From Ramazzottius varieornatus (Eukaryota > Animalia > Tardigrada), in the NCBI GenBank assembly GCA_001949185.1, contig BDGG01000014.1, positions 62,001-126,000 on the forward strand: 64,000 bases of DNA. The letters are read 5' to 3'. Of the stretch, positions 24,411 to 36,719 are shown piece after piece. A program made the translations under genes and the position numbers. How positions within the stretch are numbered: position 1 is the stretch's first letter; each line of letters starts with the position of its first letter. Under the pieces are notes generated by a model. It was given only the letters and a program-made list of their open reading frames with translations. It was not told the DNA's origin and did no database searches.

Positions 24411-25607
24411 ATGGATTCCCACTTGCCGTCCTCGAACTTCTCGTCCTCAAACTCTAGTGGCTTTTCTTCCCTTTATGCAAATGCTTCCACCAGTGCTTGT
24501 GACCATCCCACATTTCTCCTGTCCAATGTACAACGTCTCATCGTCCACATCTTCGGCATCCCACAGTGCGTTTGCACCATCACTCTTAACCTCCTTCTTT
24601 TCCTGACCTTTCTCATCAACCGCGACCTGCGCACCGCTCAGCATTTCTACTTTTTCAACCTGGCCTTCTGCGACCTCATCATCGGTTGTTTCGTCCTCCC
24701 TTCCCGCCTCGCTTTGGATCTGTCCGGTTGTTGGCCGAGTAGCCACTCCATTTGCCGCATCTACAAGCTCCTGGACTGGATCACCACCAGCGAAGCGGCC
24801 TACACCGTTATCCTCATTGCCTACTCGCGGTACCGTATCATCTCGCGCGGCGCTGTCTTCACGTCCGAAGAAACCGCTCGTAGAGTCCTGCTCAAGATTG
24901 CTCTTACATGGATCTTCAACATTCTCCTGTACGGGCCTGTTCAGTTTGTCGATGTCTACACCGGTTTCAGCATCACCTCCCCTGGTCAATGCAACACCGA
25001 GTTCTTTCAGATTTCATGGTTGGGTAACTTAATTGTCGTCATCGGACTCCTGCCGCCCTTAATCGTCGCCATCATCTACAGTATTATCCTCGTCATTTTG
25101 CGCAAGCGCAGTCTGATTAAACCCGCGCAGTCGAGCAGCACACCGGAAAATGCCCTGAGGAAATCGCAAATAGACAAGACTGCCAAGCAAACGCGGACTA
25201 TGCTCCTGCTCACCTTATCCTTCTTGGTCACCTCGTGTCCACTGGGCATTATCACCATCGTCACGTTTGCCGTAGAGTCAACTGCCATCGCGCGAACAAC
25301 ATTGTTTCTCTTCTATCTTTTGTATTTGAATAGTTTGATTAATACTGTCATTTATACCAGTAAGGTACCCAGTGTTCAGGTGGGACTTCAGAAGCTGTTT
25401 TGCGCCAAGTTCCTGAAGGGAAGAGGACGCAGTGTCCGACCGCAGAATGTCTACCTCAGTAAGATCCGCAAAGACCGCGGAAGTGTCGCTCTTAGTCAAT
25501 GGGTTTCGCAACGTGACTCGGTGGCAGACTTGGAAAACTTTGCAGTGTCGACGGAAAAGAGCCGCATCAAAACGGAAGGAGCTGAAATGAAGCAAGAAGA
25601 CACTTAG
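24411..25607 (+). CDS. Intronless class A GPCR, histamine H3/H4- or muscarinic-like
   Basis: Seven hydrophobic segments, N-glycosylation sequons in the N-terminus, NLAFCDLIIG (TM2), WP...C, TM3 Asp (LLDW), SRY for DRY, NSLINTVIY for NPxxY. Start chosen at the ATG after an acceptor-like CAG; the ORF also opens at 24351. Confidence 0.88.
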   Translation: MDSHLPSSNFSSSNSSGFSSLYANASTSACDHPTFLLSNVQRLIVHIFGIPQCVCTITLNLLLFLTFLINRDLRTAQHFYFFNLAFCDLIIGCFVLPSRLALDLSGCWPSSHSICRIYKLLDWITTSEAAYTVILIAYSRYRIISRGAVFTSEETARRVLLKIALTWIFNILLYGPVQFVDVYTGFSITSPGQCNTEFFQISWLGNLIVVIGLLPPLIVAIIYSIILVILRKRSLIKPAQSSSTPENALRKSQIDKTAKQTRTMLLLTLSFLVTSCPLGIITIVTFAVESTAIARTTLFLFYLLYLNSLINTVIYTSKVPSVQVGLQKLFCAKFLKGRGRSVRPQNVYLSKIRKDRGSVALSQWVSQRDSVADLENFAVSTEKSRIKTEGAEMKQEDT

Positions 25608-26305
25608 CCAAATCTGTCCAGCTATTTGTTCGCGGAATGTTCATGAGGCTAAAGGTCATGTTTTTCAGTTTATTGTATTGATGGTTGTCAATTGTGGACA
25701 TGTCCTTTTCTACAAATTTTCCGTTTCCATCCGTAACTCCTCATTTAACGAGGTTTCACTAATCAACTTACGTGCAAATAACGACATTGAGAAACAGCGT
25801 AATGCTGTGCATAAAAATATACTAGGCTCGACAAAGCCAAAACAAGCCGTTTTGCCCGTTCTTAGCCGCGACCTAGAGCGGCTAAACGGCTCATTTTAGT
25901 TTAGCTTCGCCGAGTCTTTCATACATAAAAACATTATTTCTGTCGGTCTCCATACTGTAAGTTCAAATCTTCGGATGATGGTAATTATTCCTCAGCTTCA
26001 CCGTGACCAAACGTTTGCCGTGATCGTGGAATGTTTGACAGTCGAGAGCGCAGACCTGGAAGCGATTTTTGTCCGATACAGGCTTCCCAAACGACAGGTT
26101 GCGTATCCAAACTTCCACTACCACACTGGGGTACACTGTACACGGCAACTGCAGTCGATTTGCCTGTGGCTGTGGCTCGATTGACGGTACTGTGCGTGCG
26201 ACTTCGGAATCTGGATTTGGTACATGACAAACTTATTCGGATTAATCATTTTGTTCAGATCGAAGATGTTGTCCTAACTTTCTCTAGTCTGATCTTCAGC
26301 TGAAT

Positions 26306-29300
26306 ATGATTGCATTCTTATCCGAAGAAGTGAGTTCTGTTCATCCTTACGCACTTGCAGATTAAACGAAGACTTGACTTGCTCTTCCTTGTTGCAGGCG
26401 GGCAATAACAAGCAGTCTTCCGGTTCACCCTGCACAGCTCTTTCGTGGAACAAGGACAACGATCTTCTGGTAACCGGACGAGGGGATGGCGGAGCGCAGG
26501 TCCAACCGGTGGCACGTGGCCGTAAGCAACCAAAATTCGAACTTCGATCCGCAGTATGTCTGATAATCTATTGGCGAATAGGTAAAGTTGCAACGCAGCC
26601 TGGCAATGACGGAAGGCAAGATCTTCTCAATCATCAAGGTATGTTATGTCATTGAAGTATAATTTTGATAAATGTCGTTGTGCATTTTTTATGGAGTGCT
26701 TCGAGACGTAAATGATGTCTAGTTCGATTTGTCCGCTTCGCAGTGGCTGTTCGATGCATCGCATGGAACCCCAAGCATAACATCGTGGCAACGGGTGATG
26801 TGGACGGTATCGTAACAGTCTGGAGACAAGACGAAAAAACAGGTCTGCAGTTCAGCAGCAAATTTTTCTGCATTTATTCCAGCACGCATTTGGCGATGTT
26901 TGCCTTCTCTAGAAATATGGGAGAATTTCATGGCGACGCGAGCAGTGCAGAAAGCCGTCTTGGGCATGGAGTGGACCAAAGACGGAGAACGCATTTGTAT
27001 CGTCTACGAGAACGGTACTATTGCTGTTACTTGTTAGAACGTAATACTATCCCGGCAGACTGTGTCTCACTAGTACGAAACTTGGTGAATATTCCAGTAA
27101 TAAAGAACATTTCGGAATTTTTTTGAATTATTGCCACCATGTTTGCAGGGTCGGTCATGGTTGGAAAAATCGATGGGATGAAATTATGGTCGCTGGAAGT
27201 GAATGACGCTCGCATACCTACGGTACACACTTTCCTTACCTTAGTGCATCTACAGTATCTTCGTGTCGGATCGATATTGCACCTGAGCCTGTCAATATAA
27301 TTTCTAATCTGACATAATCCGTTGATCGTTCAAATATTCTTGATTCCACAGTGGTCTCCGGACGGAGAGCTATTGCTCATTGGCACATCCCATGGACAAG
27401 TTTTGATTTTCGACAAGACCGCCAGCAATATCGTACGTCCGCTGTCATATTCCTTTAATTACTACAGTTGAAAGTCATAGTTTTTACTTTTAGGGTTTTG
27501 TCATGCTGACAGCAAAGCCGGACGAGAATTCGAAGCCTTCCGAGAAACCTTTGATCGAGCTGAAATGGATCTCGCCAACTCATGCCCAGCACAGTTCCTC
27601 CACGCCAATCATCGCCGTCCTCTTTGAGGATGGAAAGTGTTTTCTGCTGCGTAACGAAGCTGACCGCGCACCGATAAGACTTTGCCTGCCCATGACGGTA
27701 TGGTGCGCCGACTGGAGCGCCGATGGGCGCAGGCTAGCGGTGGGTGGACGCGGAAAAAAGACCTCCACATCGCCTGAAGAATCCGCCCAGTTTTCCATCT
27801 ATTCCCCTTTTGGGCAACTGGAGTACAGCATCAAGTTGAAGTACAGCCGCTTGACCAGCTTGTCCTGGGACTCGACCGGCACACGGCTAGCCTTGCTGTT
27901 GGATGGCATGGTCAACTACCTCAACATCAAACTACCTGTCAAGGTCATTGAATTTTTTTGCAGTGGATGCACATACTGTATGTGACAGTCTTTGTGCCTC
28001 ATATTCTGACAGCACTGCTTCTTCGAAAATACGCTGGTGTACACTTGTCCGAAAGAAGAGAACCCAGATGCGCTGTTGGTTATGTACAGTACCAAGAATG
28101 AGCGAAAGACCGCAGTGAAACATTACCCTGGCCAGAAAGTTATGTCGGTGGCCGCTGCAGCGGACTTCTGCGTTGTTGCCGCAAAAGTAATCCAAGAAAT
28201 CAACCAGGTAATGTGGTACCCTAGTCTGGCTTTACTTTGGTATGAGGTTCTGGTAGCTTTTCACATGCGAACAGCGTACTATCTTAGCTGTGCTTCCTTT
28301 TCCAGTTCAACCTGTTTGTCTTGACGGATACCGGTGCAACTGCCAACGTCACCTCAACTTTAATCGAACCGCTCTTCGCGGCATCCAACGATACGCAGGT
28401 CTTTGTTGCAAGCAAAGAAGTCCTTTTTGTGTGGAACTTTAAACAAACCAACAGCGCTAATCGATGGGACACCAACGAAAGGTAACTATACCTGCCAAAC
28501 ACAATCAACGTGGAATACATTGCAAACAGAAATGTTATTTCCTCGAATTCACAATGACAATTCGAGCTATGAGAATGTGTATCTGCTCGAATTTTCATAG
28601 AGAACTCGAGCAGATATGGAGGAAACGTTCTTTTCCGCTTTGCAGGTATTTCCACATCGACGAAGCCCACGGGTTCGTCGATTGGAAAGTCAAGCGTCAA
28701 CGACTATACGAGGCTTCCGTTGACCCTATCTCCACCATTGCCTGCTCCAACTCCGCTCTGGTGGTCGGCCGTGAATCAGGCAACGTGGTCAAGTACGCCT
28801 TGCCACAAATGATGTGGGAGAGGGAGTCCGCGGCGATCTTGCCAGCGCCGACCAAGCTGGGCCTTAACTCAAACTCCAGTAGGCTTCTTTGCATGAACGG
28901 CGAGGGACAGTGTTGCATGTACCTTCTGAGTGAGAGCCGGATGGGCAAGGACGACGTGCTGGTCAAGGATGTCAAGATCGGGGTGGAAAAAGAGGGCGTG
29001 TGGGACTTTATATGGGCACACGACGATCCGGACCTCTTCGCTGTGGCGCATAGGCATCGAGCCATCATTTTCCGCAACCGTGAGCCTGAGGTAACTTTTT
29101 GATATGATCAACTGTGGTAGGGTGAATCCGCACAATATTTCAAATCAATACTTTACAGCGGTCAGTCTCGAAGAATTTGAACCGTTGGTGTCTGTAATAA
29201 GTTACTACGACGTGTTCGTGGTCGAGCTCTCCTTGTATTTTTTCTGCGGTTCTCTCTAACAGGATCCGATTGTCAGTGACGGATATTTCTGTCAATTCAA

Positions 29301-32002
29301 AAACCTGGAACTCCGCATCGCACACCTCGACGATCTTCATCGTTCTGCCGCACCCACTGACCCCACTGCCCAGTCCACGAAGCTTCTTCGGGTGAAGTCC
29401 CTCCGTCAAGCCTTACACCTCCTTGAAGCAGCCACGCTGGCCGAAGCCCAGTCCTTCGTCTCGACGCATTCCCACCCCGTCCTATGGAATCTTCTAGCCG
29501 ACAAAGCACTTCGCAAGCTAGAAATCGATGTTGCTGAAACTTGTTACGTCCATGGACAGAATTATCGTGGACTGCACTTCGTCCAGAAACTAAAAAAGAC
29601 AAAGTCAGACAAGGTAATCACACGGCAGCTCGGTATTTAAACTCGACAGTATCGTATCGCTGCGGGGCGCAAACTTACAGTCAATTACACTGGGTGTGTG
29701 CGCCACTTCAAAAAATAATGCGGTCGAATATTCAAAGTGGCGCACTCTTTCGGCCAAAAACATGAGAAACGTGCCCAAGTGGGACAGCAATACTGTACTG
29801 GCAAGTCTGTCTGCTCTCAAATCTCTTCTTAGGTTGATCGATGAAGTGCTACTCTGATCTATCACTTTCGCGGTTATAAGGTCCGACAAGCCGAAGTTAG
29901 TGCGCATTTTGGTGATCTCTACCGCGCCGAACAAGAATTCATGGACGCAAACCGGACCGACCTGGCGTACGATATGCGAAGGATTTCGGGCGACTGGTTC
30001 AGGTTGAACGAGATGGCGTTGGAGGATCAAAATGACGCGATGCTGAAAGAATCGTACGAAGGACTAGGAAAGTACTACTTCGACAGACAGCTGTGGGATG
30101 ACGCAGTCAAGAACTTTGAGAACGCCCGGGACTATGCCTCGTTGTACAAAACGCGCATGATGAATGGGGATACGGAGAAACTACAGGAGCTGGCGGAAAA
30201 CCTTCCAGCTGGCCATCATTTGCTGGTCGACATCGGCAGCTTTCTCGGACGATGTGGTACGTCTTTAGAACGGGCGGTTGGGTTCAGAGGAAAAATGTTC
30301 AACCATACACCGTGTATTTATTTTTTCTTGAAGTAAAATTTTCATTCCAACTCAGAGCGGCGACCGAGGTGGAAGGAGAATCTCAGGAAATTTTCCCGAT
30401 TTTGTTTTCTTTACACATTCCACTTCGTTCTTTACAGGTAACTCGAAAGTTGCCGCGAAGATCTTGCGCAAGGTCGAGAGACCCGACCTGGCCATCAAGA
30501 TCTGCCTGGATAACTTTGACTTTCGGACCGCCATGGAAATTTCTAGAGCGTACGATCTCGAAGACTTTCCACCAGCCATGATCAAGGCGACTACCATCCA
30601 GACCATCAAAGCGCAAAGCGCCTCTCAAGACGGCGGTCAAGCCTTATGGGATGCGGCTAACTTGTACCATAACGCCGGACCCTTCCTCGAATCAGCCAAC
30701 TGCCTCTTTCAAGTAAAAATGCAAATTGGGAGCTCGGCAAACAAGCCTCACCAGATGGCTGTTCCACGTAGCGCACGTTTCCGCTGTTTTTGGCCGAAAG
30801 CGTGCGCCACTTGGAAACACGCTTTTTTCGAGTTTGACTGTTTCCGAGACTGGCGCATTCCTTCAGTATGATTGATGGAGAGCGTGCGCCACTTACTAAT
30901 GCATTCTTGTCGAGTGTATTTGTCGAGCTTCTAATCAGTAGGCGGTATTGTGCGATACATGTTTGCGATTTCCGGTTGTTTTCCACGTTTCGATAGGTTC
31001 TGGTCATGGAAGTGGCAGACAAGGAAACAGACGTTCATCGCCTAAGAAAGATCAGTGTGTTGGCAGCTTCGGCGGTTGAAGAGTACAATAAGACATCCAG
31101 TTCTTCCTTGCTGGGCAAACAAGTCTATCATCCGGACGATTCCAGCACACTCGACTACATCTTCTTGGAAGCACCCTGGAGGTCAGCGGAAGCGTACAAC
31201 TTATTGATCGTCGCACAGGTCTTCTACGATCAAGGCGAGTTTTCCAAAGCATTGCGGGCAGCCGGGACACTGTGCTTATACCAAGACATCCTCGACCCTG
31301 TCCAGATATTCTCGCTGATAGGTACGTTGAAATGGCTGCTCTAGCAAATCGTCAAAATTGGCAACCTCGCAGACACCACCCGCTGTATGACATTGTGCAG
31401 AATTCCGTAGAAAAAAATTTTCCTTGATAGCAGCGACCTTAGCGAACTGAAACCAAGGCTGATCTGAACTACAGTAAACTCACCATCAAGCTATCGAAAA
31501 GGTACAAGTGAAGTCCAGAGAGTTGTTAAAGGTTGGCAATTGTTTCAGCTTTAGCCAGTGTCCAGCTGAAGCGTTGGGACGTAGTGAATGAAGCCATAAT
31601 CCGCGTGGTTCATATGGACTCCACCGATTCCAAAGTGGCAGAAGATATCGAGAGGTTTGCCGACGACCTCTTCACCAAGCACAGCCCGAAAGATGTGGAC
31701 CTCGACAGCCCACTACCCACTCCACTGTGCCTCAACTGCAAAGAACGCATCTCTTTATGGTAAGTCAGCTTTGGCCTTTGGGATTTTATGGGTTTGGTCA
31801 TCAAGTCTGTTCCATAGTAAGCTAGTTCGCTTGCAGGGATATTCGGTGCCAGGGGTGTGGGACTAAGTACCCGCTGTGTATGGCGACAGGTACGCCCATC
31901 ACGGAAAAGGAAGTTTGGCAGTGCCAGTTCTGTCATCACCACAGCGCGGCTTCGGTTGCCTTGCAAAGAAAGACCTGTGCTTTGTGCCATTCTCCGGGAT
32001 AG
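26306..32002 (+). CDS. WDR35: WD repeat protein 35 / IFT121 (IFT-A complex), multi-exon
   Basis: [98 protein letters not shown], and C-terminal Cys motifs CMATGTPI...WQCQFC...CALCHSP. Confidence 0.93.
29627..29818. repeat. Intronic palindromic element copy A (two hairpin modules), WDR35 intron
   Basis: AGCTCGG..AAACTCGACAG, GTGCGCCACTT, AAGTGGCGCAC. Confidence 0.7.
30730..30930. repeat. Intronic palindromic element copy B (two modules), WDR35 intron
   Basis: GAGCTCGGCAAACAA ... GCGTGCGCCACTT twice ... TTGTCGAG..TTTGTCGAGCT. Confidence 0.8.
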
Positions 32003-32484
32003 CATCCACTGTTTCGACATGGGCTCTCCAGAAGGTTTTACAGCGAATGCTGCGAATCACGGTGGTGGGCGCCGGCGATGTTCCTGTTTTGCTTGTTTGG
32101 CCGCAGGTTTCAGATGCTAAAGTCTCCTGATAAATTTTGTTACTGGGATACATGCTCGCGCGAGAACTGGACCAGTTCAGATTACTAGCGATTATCCTCG
32201 TCTAGGTTTTGTAGATTGATAGCACTTACTCCATACGTAAGCTTTCATTCTCGAATCTTAATTTCAACCTTGGTATCCTAATCTAGTCTACCTTTGTTTT
32301 TATACATAGCTGCTGTCCAATAATATGGAAAGTTATCGGTAAAAATCTGCGACACGATGTGTCGTCGGCAACTCCCACTTGAATGCTGATACTGCGGGAA
32401 AGAAATGAAGGAGTGGTGTCAGCCTGGATGCGCCGTTAAGCTCAATTTCGCAAGCTGCCGTCAAGAAACAAAGTTCATCCCCGA

Positions 32485-35400
32485 ATGGCGGCGGAAACGC
32501 TGGCCGTTCCTCAGCTGGCGAGCGGCCCACCCGTCGTGGTTGAAGCACCAACCACGGGACAGAACCACCGCAAGTTGCAGTCTACTCCAATGACCGAAGA
32601 CGAGCTCAAAGTACCCCGTAGTTCTATCCGGGCTTCCATCCAAGCTTCCTTCCTCCTCCGGCCGAAAGCTGCTGCTGAGCAAGTTGATCCTTTATTACCT
32701 GTCAACAGTACGACTATCAAGGTTGTGCCTTATATCAATGCACGTCAAGTTACGGGTATCGCTTTGCTTGTGTTGTGGCCAATTCTGCTTGGGACGGCGT
32801 TCAATCTCTACGGCTTTCAAGAAGCCTCCGCGTACCTGGACATCAGGCTGGGAATTCAGCACTATGTCCAACGCTGGACCAGGACACAGCAATTGTCGGA
32901 TTTGCTGGTTCAGCAACAAGATTTGCTGCTGGGTAGTATAATCCAGAAAGACGGCAAGGCTAACGACATTGCAAAGCAGTCTTCCCAGGTTAGCCAACGT
33001 TTGAGTTACGAATCTGGGTTTCATCGATGCTATGAAGCTAGTTTCAGATAGTGTACGCAGAACTGATGCGGTTCGATAGAGATTATCCTGAAATCGACAG
33101 AAACCACAATAAGACGAAACCAAAGATGGTAGCTGCAAGTTATGCCAACTGGGTAGCTACTACTCCCGATTTCTACGCGGTAGATCCCCTTATCGTGGTA
33201 GACCGCTTTTCCAATACCACCAGAGATGTCCGCATGTTTTTTGCAACGTTTCACAACAACGCAACGGGCATCGGCCGTAGCGACACATGGAACAATATCC
33301 TACAAAAGCTTTTCATAAGTGAGGTACCGTGAAAATTGTTCCAATACCTGAGCGCTGCAAACAAATCTACCAGATCGCTTTTTCAAGTGGCGCACGCTTT
33401 CAGTTTGTACCAACTGAAAGGTGCGCCACTTAGGAAAAGGATCTGTTGAATTTGTATGCAGAAATTGCCTTTAGTGCAAGGTTTTCCAAATTTTATTAGC
33501 AGAATCTTTTAGGTTTCGTACCGGATCAGAGACTGTCAGACATTCGGCAACTACGCCTACAGGAAGACGGCAGTGGGCAAGCCTATTGATCCCACGGTCA
33601 GACGACCGCTACTTCAGCGTGTCCACCGTGTAATCATGTCGCTGGACCTGTACGCTAAATACACCCTACCCGACTACCAGCTAGAGAACGTCAAAAAAGT
33701 ATGTGGGAATGATTGCCAGTGGAATTTTCTTCGGACACGGGATGTTGAGTTTTGGCGTGCTCTTGTTCGACCAATTGTTTCACTTGGCAAATCGGGAGTG
33801 TACTACAAAGTGCTGGCAACTGCGAACATCTCCACTGACTCAAATATCACTGTCGTGGCGCTGTGGAAGCTCCTCACCGATGAGCTGCTGTACCCTATAG
33901 TTCAAGCGGATATAGTCTGTACCAGGATTGTGGAAGCGGCGTTTGAGGAAGACTTCCACATCTCCGTCGCCGTTTTCGCGGTAATCCTAGGTTTGTTTCA
34001 AGTCAGTTAAACCAAGTATCGATAAACATTGCGAATAATTGGCTTTTTTCAGCTTTCCTTATCGCGTGGTTTGTTTTCGCGCCGAACCTACTCCTGCTGG
34101 TCTCCACATCACTAGCCGGAATCTTCTCCGAGTCGTACCGATTCCAGTGGATTCAGCTCTGCCGTCGACGCGCTATCGAACGCGAAAAATCTCGGTCGGA
34201 TAAGATCGTTCAAGAAATGTTTTTCGAGGTTAACTTCAAGTACCTCTACGAAGGAAACCTCCCACCGACCGTCTTATACAACGAAGCCACCATCGCATTC
34301 GTGGAGCTTATGCAGTACGACGAACTGTGCAAGATCTACACGACGGTTGATCACGTCGCACTTCTAGACTGGTACTACCATTTGGTAAGGCTCAACTTAC
34401 AGCTAGACAAACTCGACTAGCCCTTTCCCAAGTAGCGCACGTTTCTAGCTGGTAGCACTCAAAGCGTGCGCCACTTTGGAGGAAAGGCTTGATGGAGTTT
34501 GTTTACCGAGCTCTCGGAGCAGTTCTTAGATGTTCCAGGAAAGAAAAACTGATGTGCAACTTGCAGGTGAATGCTTCGGTGAAAGGATTTAACACAAACG
34601 TGGTGGCGACCGCCGGGCATTACTGCCTTCTAGCCGGTACCCACGCCTACCACGCCCAAAACGTGGCTCTCTCCATGCTCCGACTGATGACCTTGGTCAA
34701 GGAAAGCTACCTTCCACCACCACATAACACCCGACTACCGCTGATACGAGCAGGGATTCATACGGGTGCGGTAGCTGGATGTATCGTCAGCTTGAAGTTC
34801 CCGCTTTTTACCATGCTGGGCGATACGGTCAACACATCTGCTCGGATGAACTCTAAGAGTAAACCCTTTCGGGTCCTACTCAGCGAGCTGTCGAACCAGA
34901 TGATCTCTTCGAGTTTTGTTACGGAAAGTGCTGGAGTCTTCAACGTCAAAGGCAAAGGCGAAATGAAAAGTAAGCGAAATCTGATCTATAATTTTGAATT
35001 TCTAGAAAATCCAATTTAATCAGTGTCCGGAATCTGCTCCCTCAGCATAGTAATAGTGATGTGAAAATTCGGCAGAGATCGCATACTCTACGTCGAAACG
35101 ATCCGCCTGCCGATATACGAATGAAAGAGCATCAGGCTTTTCAGTTACAGAACAACCGTGGCTCTTTCTCAGACGTGCATCTTTTTAGCTTTCCATCTTC
35201 TTGCCTGTAAATGGCGAACTTTCAGCGAATATTTTATCGACCTGGGAGAAGCCGATCGCTTGGCCAAACTACACGACCTGGAGGCCATCCAGACACCAGG
35301 TCGCAACCTCCGAAGAACAGGTTTTGGGCAAACCAGCAACAATTACAACGTCTTTGACGTGGACCATGGGCGACGGCGTAGTTCTTCCGAGAACGATGGT

Positions 35401-35775
35401 AGCATCGCGATGATCGGAGGAAATCTCCTTCAGGGTTTGCTAAAGAGAATGAAGAGGAAAAAGTCAAGCATAGTGGATAAGAAGGAAGTTTTGGTTCCGC
35501 TGGTCTTCCCCGAACCTGCCATGCCGAGGAGTGGTGACAATGTCAGCTACAGTCTGAGGTCTTCGCAAGAGGTATCAGGGCAGTCTGCTCCCAAGGAACG
35601 CAAAGCTTCTTATAAAGATTACACGGTTCCGCGGTTGTCGAGGGATATTGATGTAAAAGCTTCGCCGAACGAGTCCTACTACATGCAGATTTCCAATAAT
35701 ATCTTCACACGTTCTTGGAATGCGCATAGAGATAGTAAAACCAAGGAAAAGAACACAGCTAACCCAAAAGTCTGA
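32485..35775 (+). CDS. Two-TM receptor-type guanylyl/adenylyl cyclase-like protein (NIT-GC-like topology) with degenerate active site
   Basis: Approximate exons 32485-32987, 33048-33324, 33513-33991, 34053-34384, 34567-34969, 35189-35775. TM1 (GIALLVLWPILLG), helical ectodomain, TM2, coiled coil EREKSRSDKIVQEMF, cyclase motifs IRAGIHTG, LGDTVNTSARM, VKGKGEM. Confidence 0.85.
33350..33462. repeat. Intronic palindromic element copy C (single near-perfect hairpin)
   Basis: CAGATC..AAGTGGCGCACGCTTTCAGTT-tgtacc-AACTGAAAGGTGCGCCACTT..GATCTG. Confidence 0.85.
34401..34513. repeat. Intronic palindromic element copy D
   Basis: ACAAACTCGAC..CCAAGTAGCGCACG ... GCGTGCGCCACTT..GAGTTTGTTTACCGAGCTC. Confidence 0.8.
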
Positions 35776-35784
35776 ACTTTGAGT

Positions 35785-36605
35785 TTATCCTTGATTTTTA
35801 TTGTTGTGTTGCGACATTGTTTTCCAAAGCTTTTTTTTACACCACTTTTCAGTTTTATGTATTTGTGTCCCGGTTTTCATATAGCTTTCCATGAGTTCTG
35901 TCCACGCTGCGATGAATGTTCCGGCACCAACGGTGCAAAATTGCTTTAAACGTACAAGAAGGGCTTTCGACCTCAACATTTCCGGCTTTCCGCCACGCAA
36001 GCTTTCGTTCTGGCTGGAGGCGAAGTAAGAATATTGTAAGAATATTAATATTCGCGCTGGTAGTGCGGCAAGTGCGCCATTGGCTGATCGACGTACACGG
36101 TTTCTTGATTGGACCTACCTTGTTTACTTCACCACCTTACCGGACTGACGACAGAAACCAGCTGCATGACGTTCGGAATGCACAGCTGCTTGTGCTGGAT
36201 GACATTGACATCATCAGTAGTGCTTTGCGAAGTGAACGTCATCAGCGCTTCGGAAAATTCGAAAACAGATCCCTTGGGGGAGAATGCAACCGGCTGGACC
36301 CCAATGCTTTGGGATTGTTGGACCCCCATGTTGTTGGCTTGTTCCCGAATTTCTGATTTCTTGGAAGTTCTCTCTTCCAGAAAACGGAAACCCGTTTGGC
36401 ATCGGTATACCCTCCTCTCTTCTGACAGATCTCAGACATACCTCCGTTCTAGCTTGCATCCATGGATCACCAGGGATTACGGCCATGCCTCGAAAGGAAC
36501 GCGGAGACTGAAGACAGAGTGGTTTTCTATCGTCCTGTTGGCTGATCTTATCCAGATTATTCTCTCACCTGCCTGTTGGATCTTTCATCATTCGATGTTA
36601 TCATG
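35785..36605 (-). CDS. Possible small multi-exon orphan gene
   Basis: Minus-strand GT donors (GTGAGA, GTATGT, GTAAGG) and pyrimidine-AG acceptors can join open frames; no recognisable domain. Confidence 0.3.
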
Positions 36606-36719
36606 TTATCATTCGATAGATGAATGATGAATGTTGAATGTATGGCCTGGTTGGCTCTTCATTCCATGCAGTATTTTTCTCATCTCCCAGATTTCATTGC
36701 AGTGTGACTGTTCCCCTCC

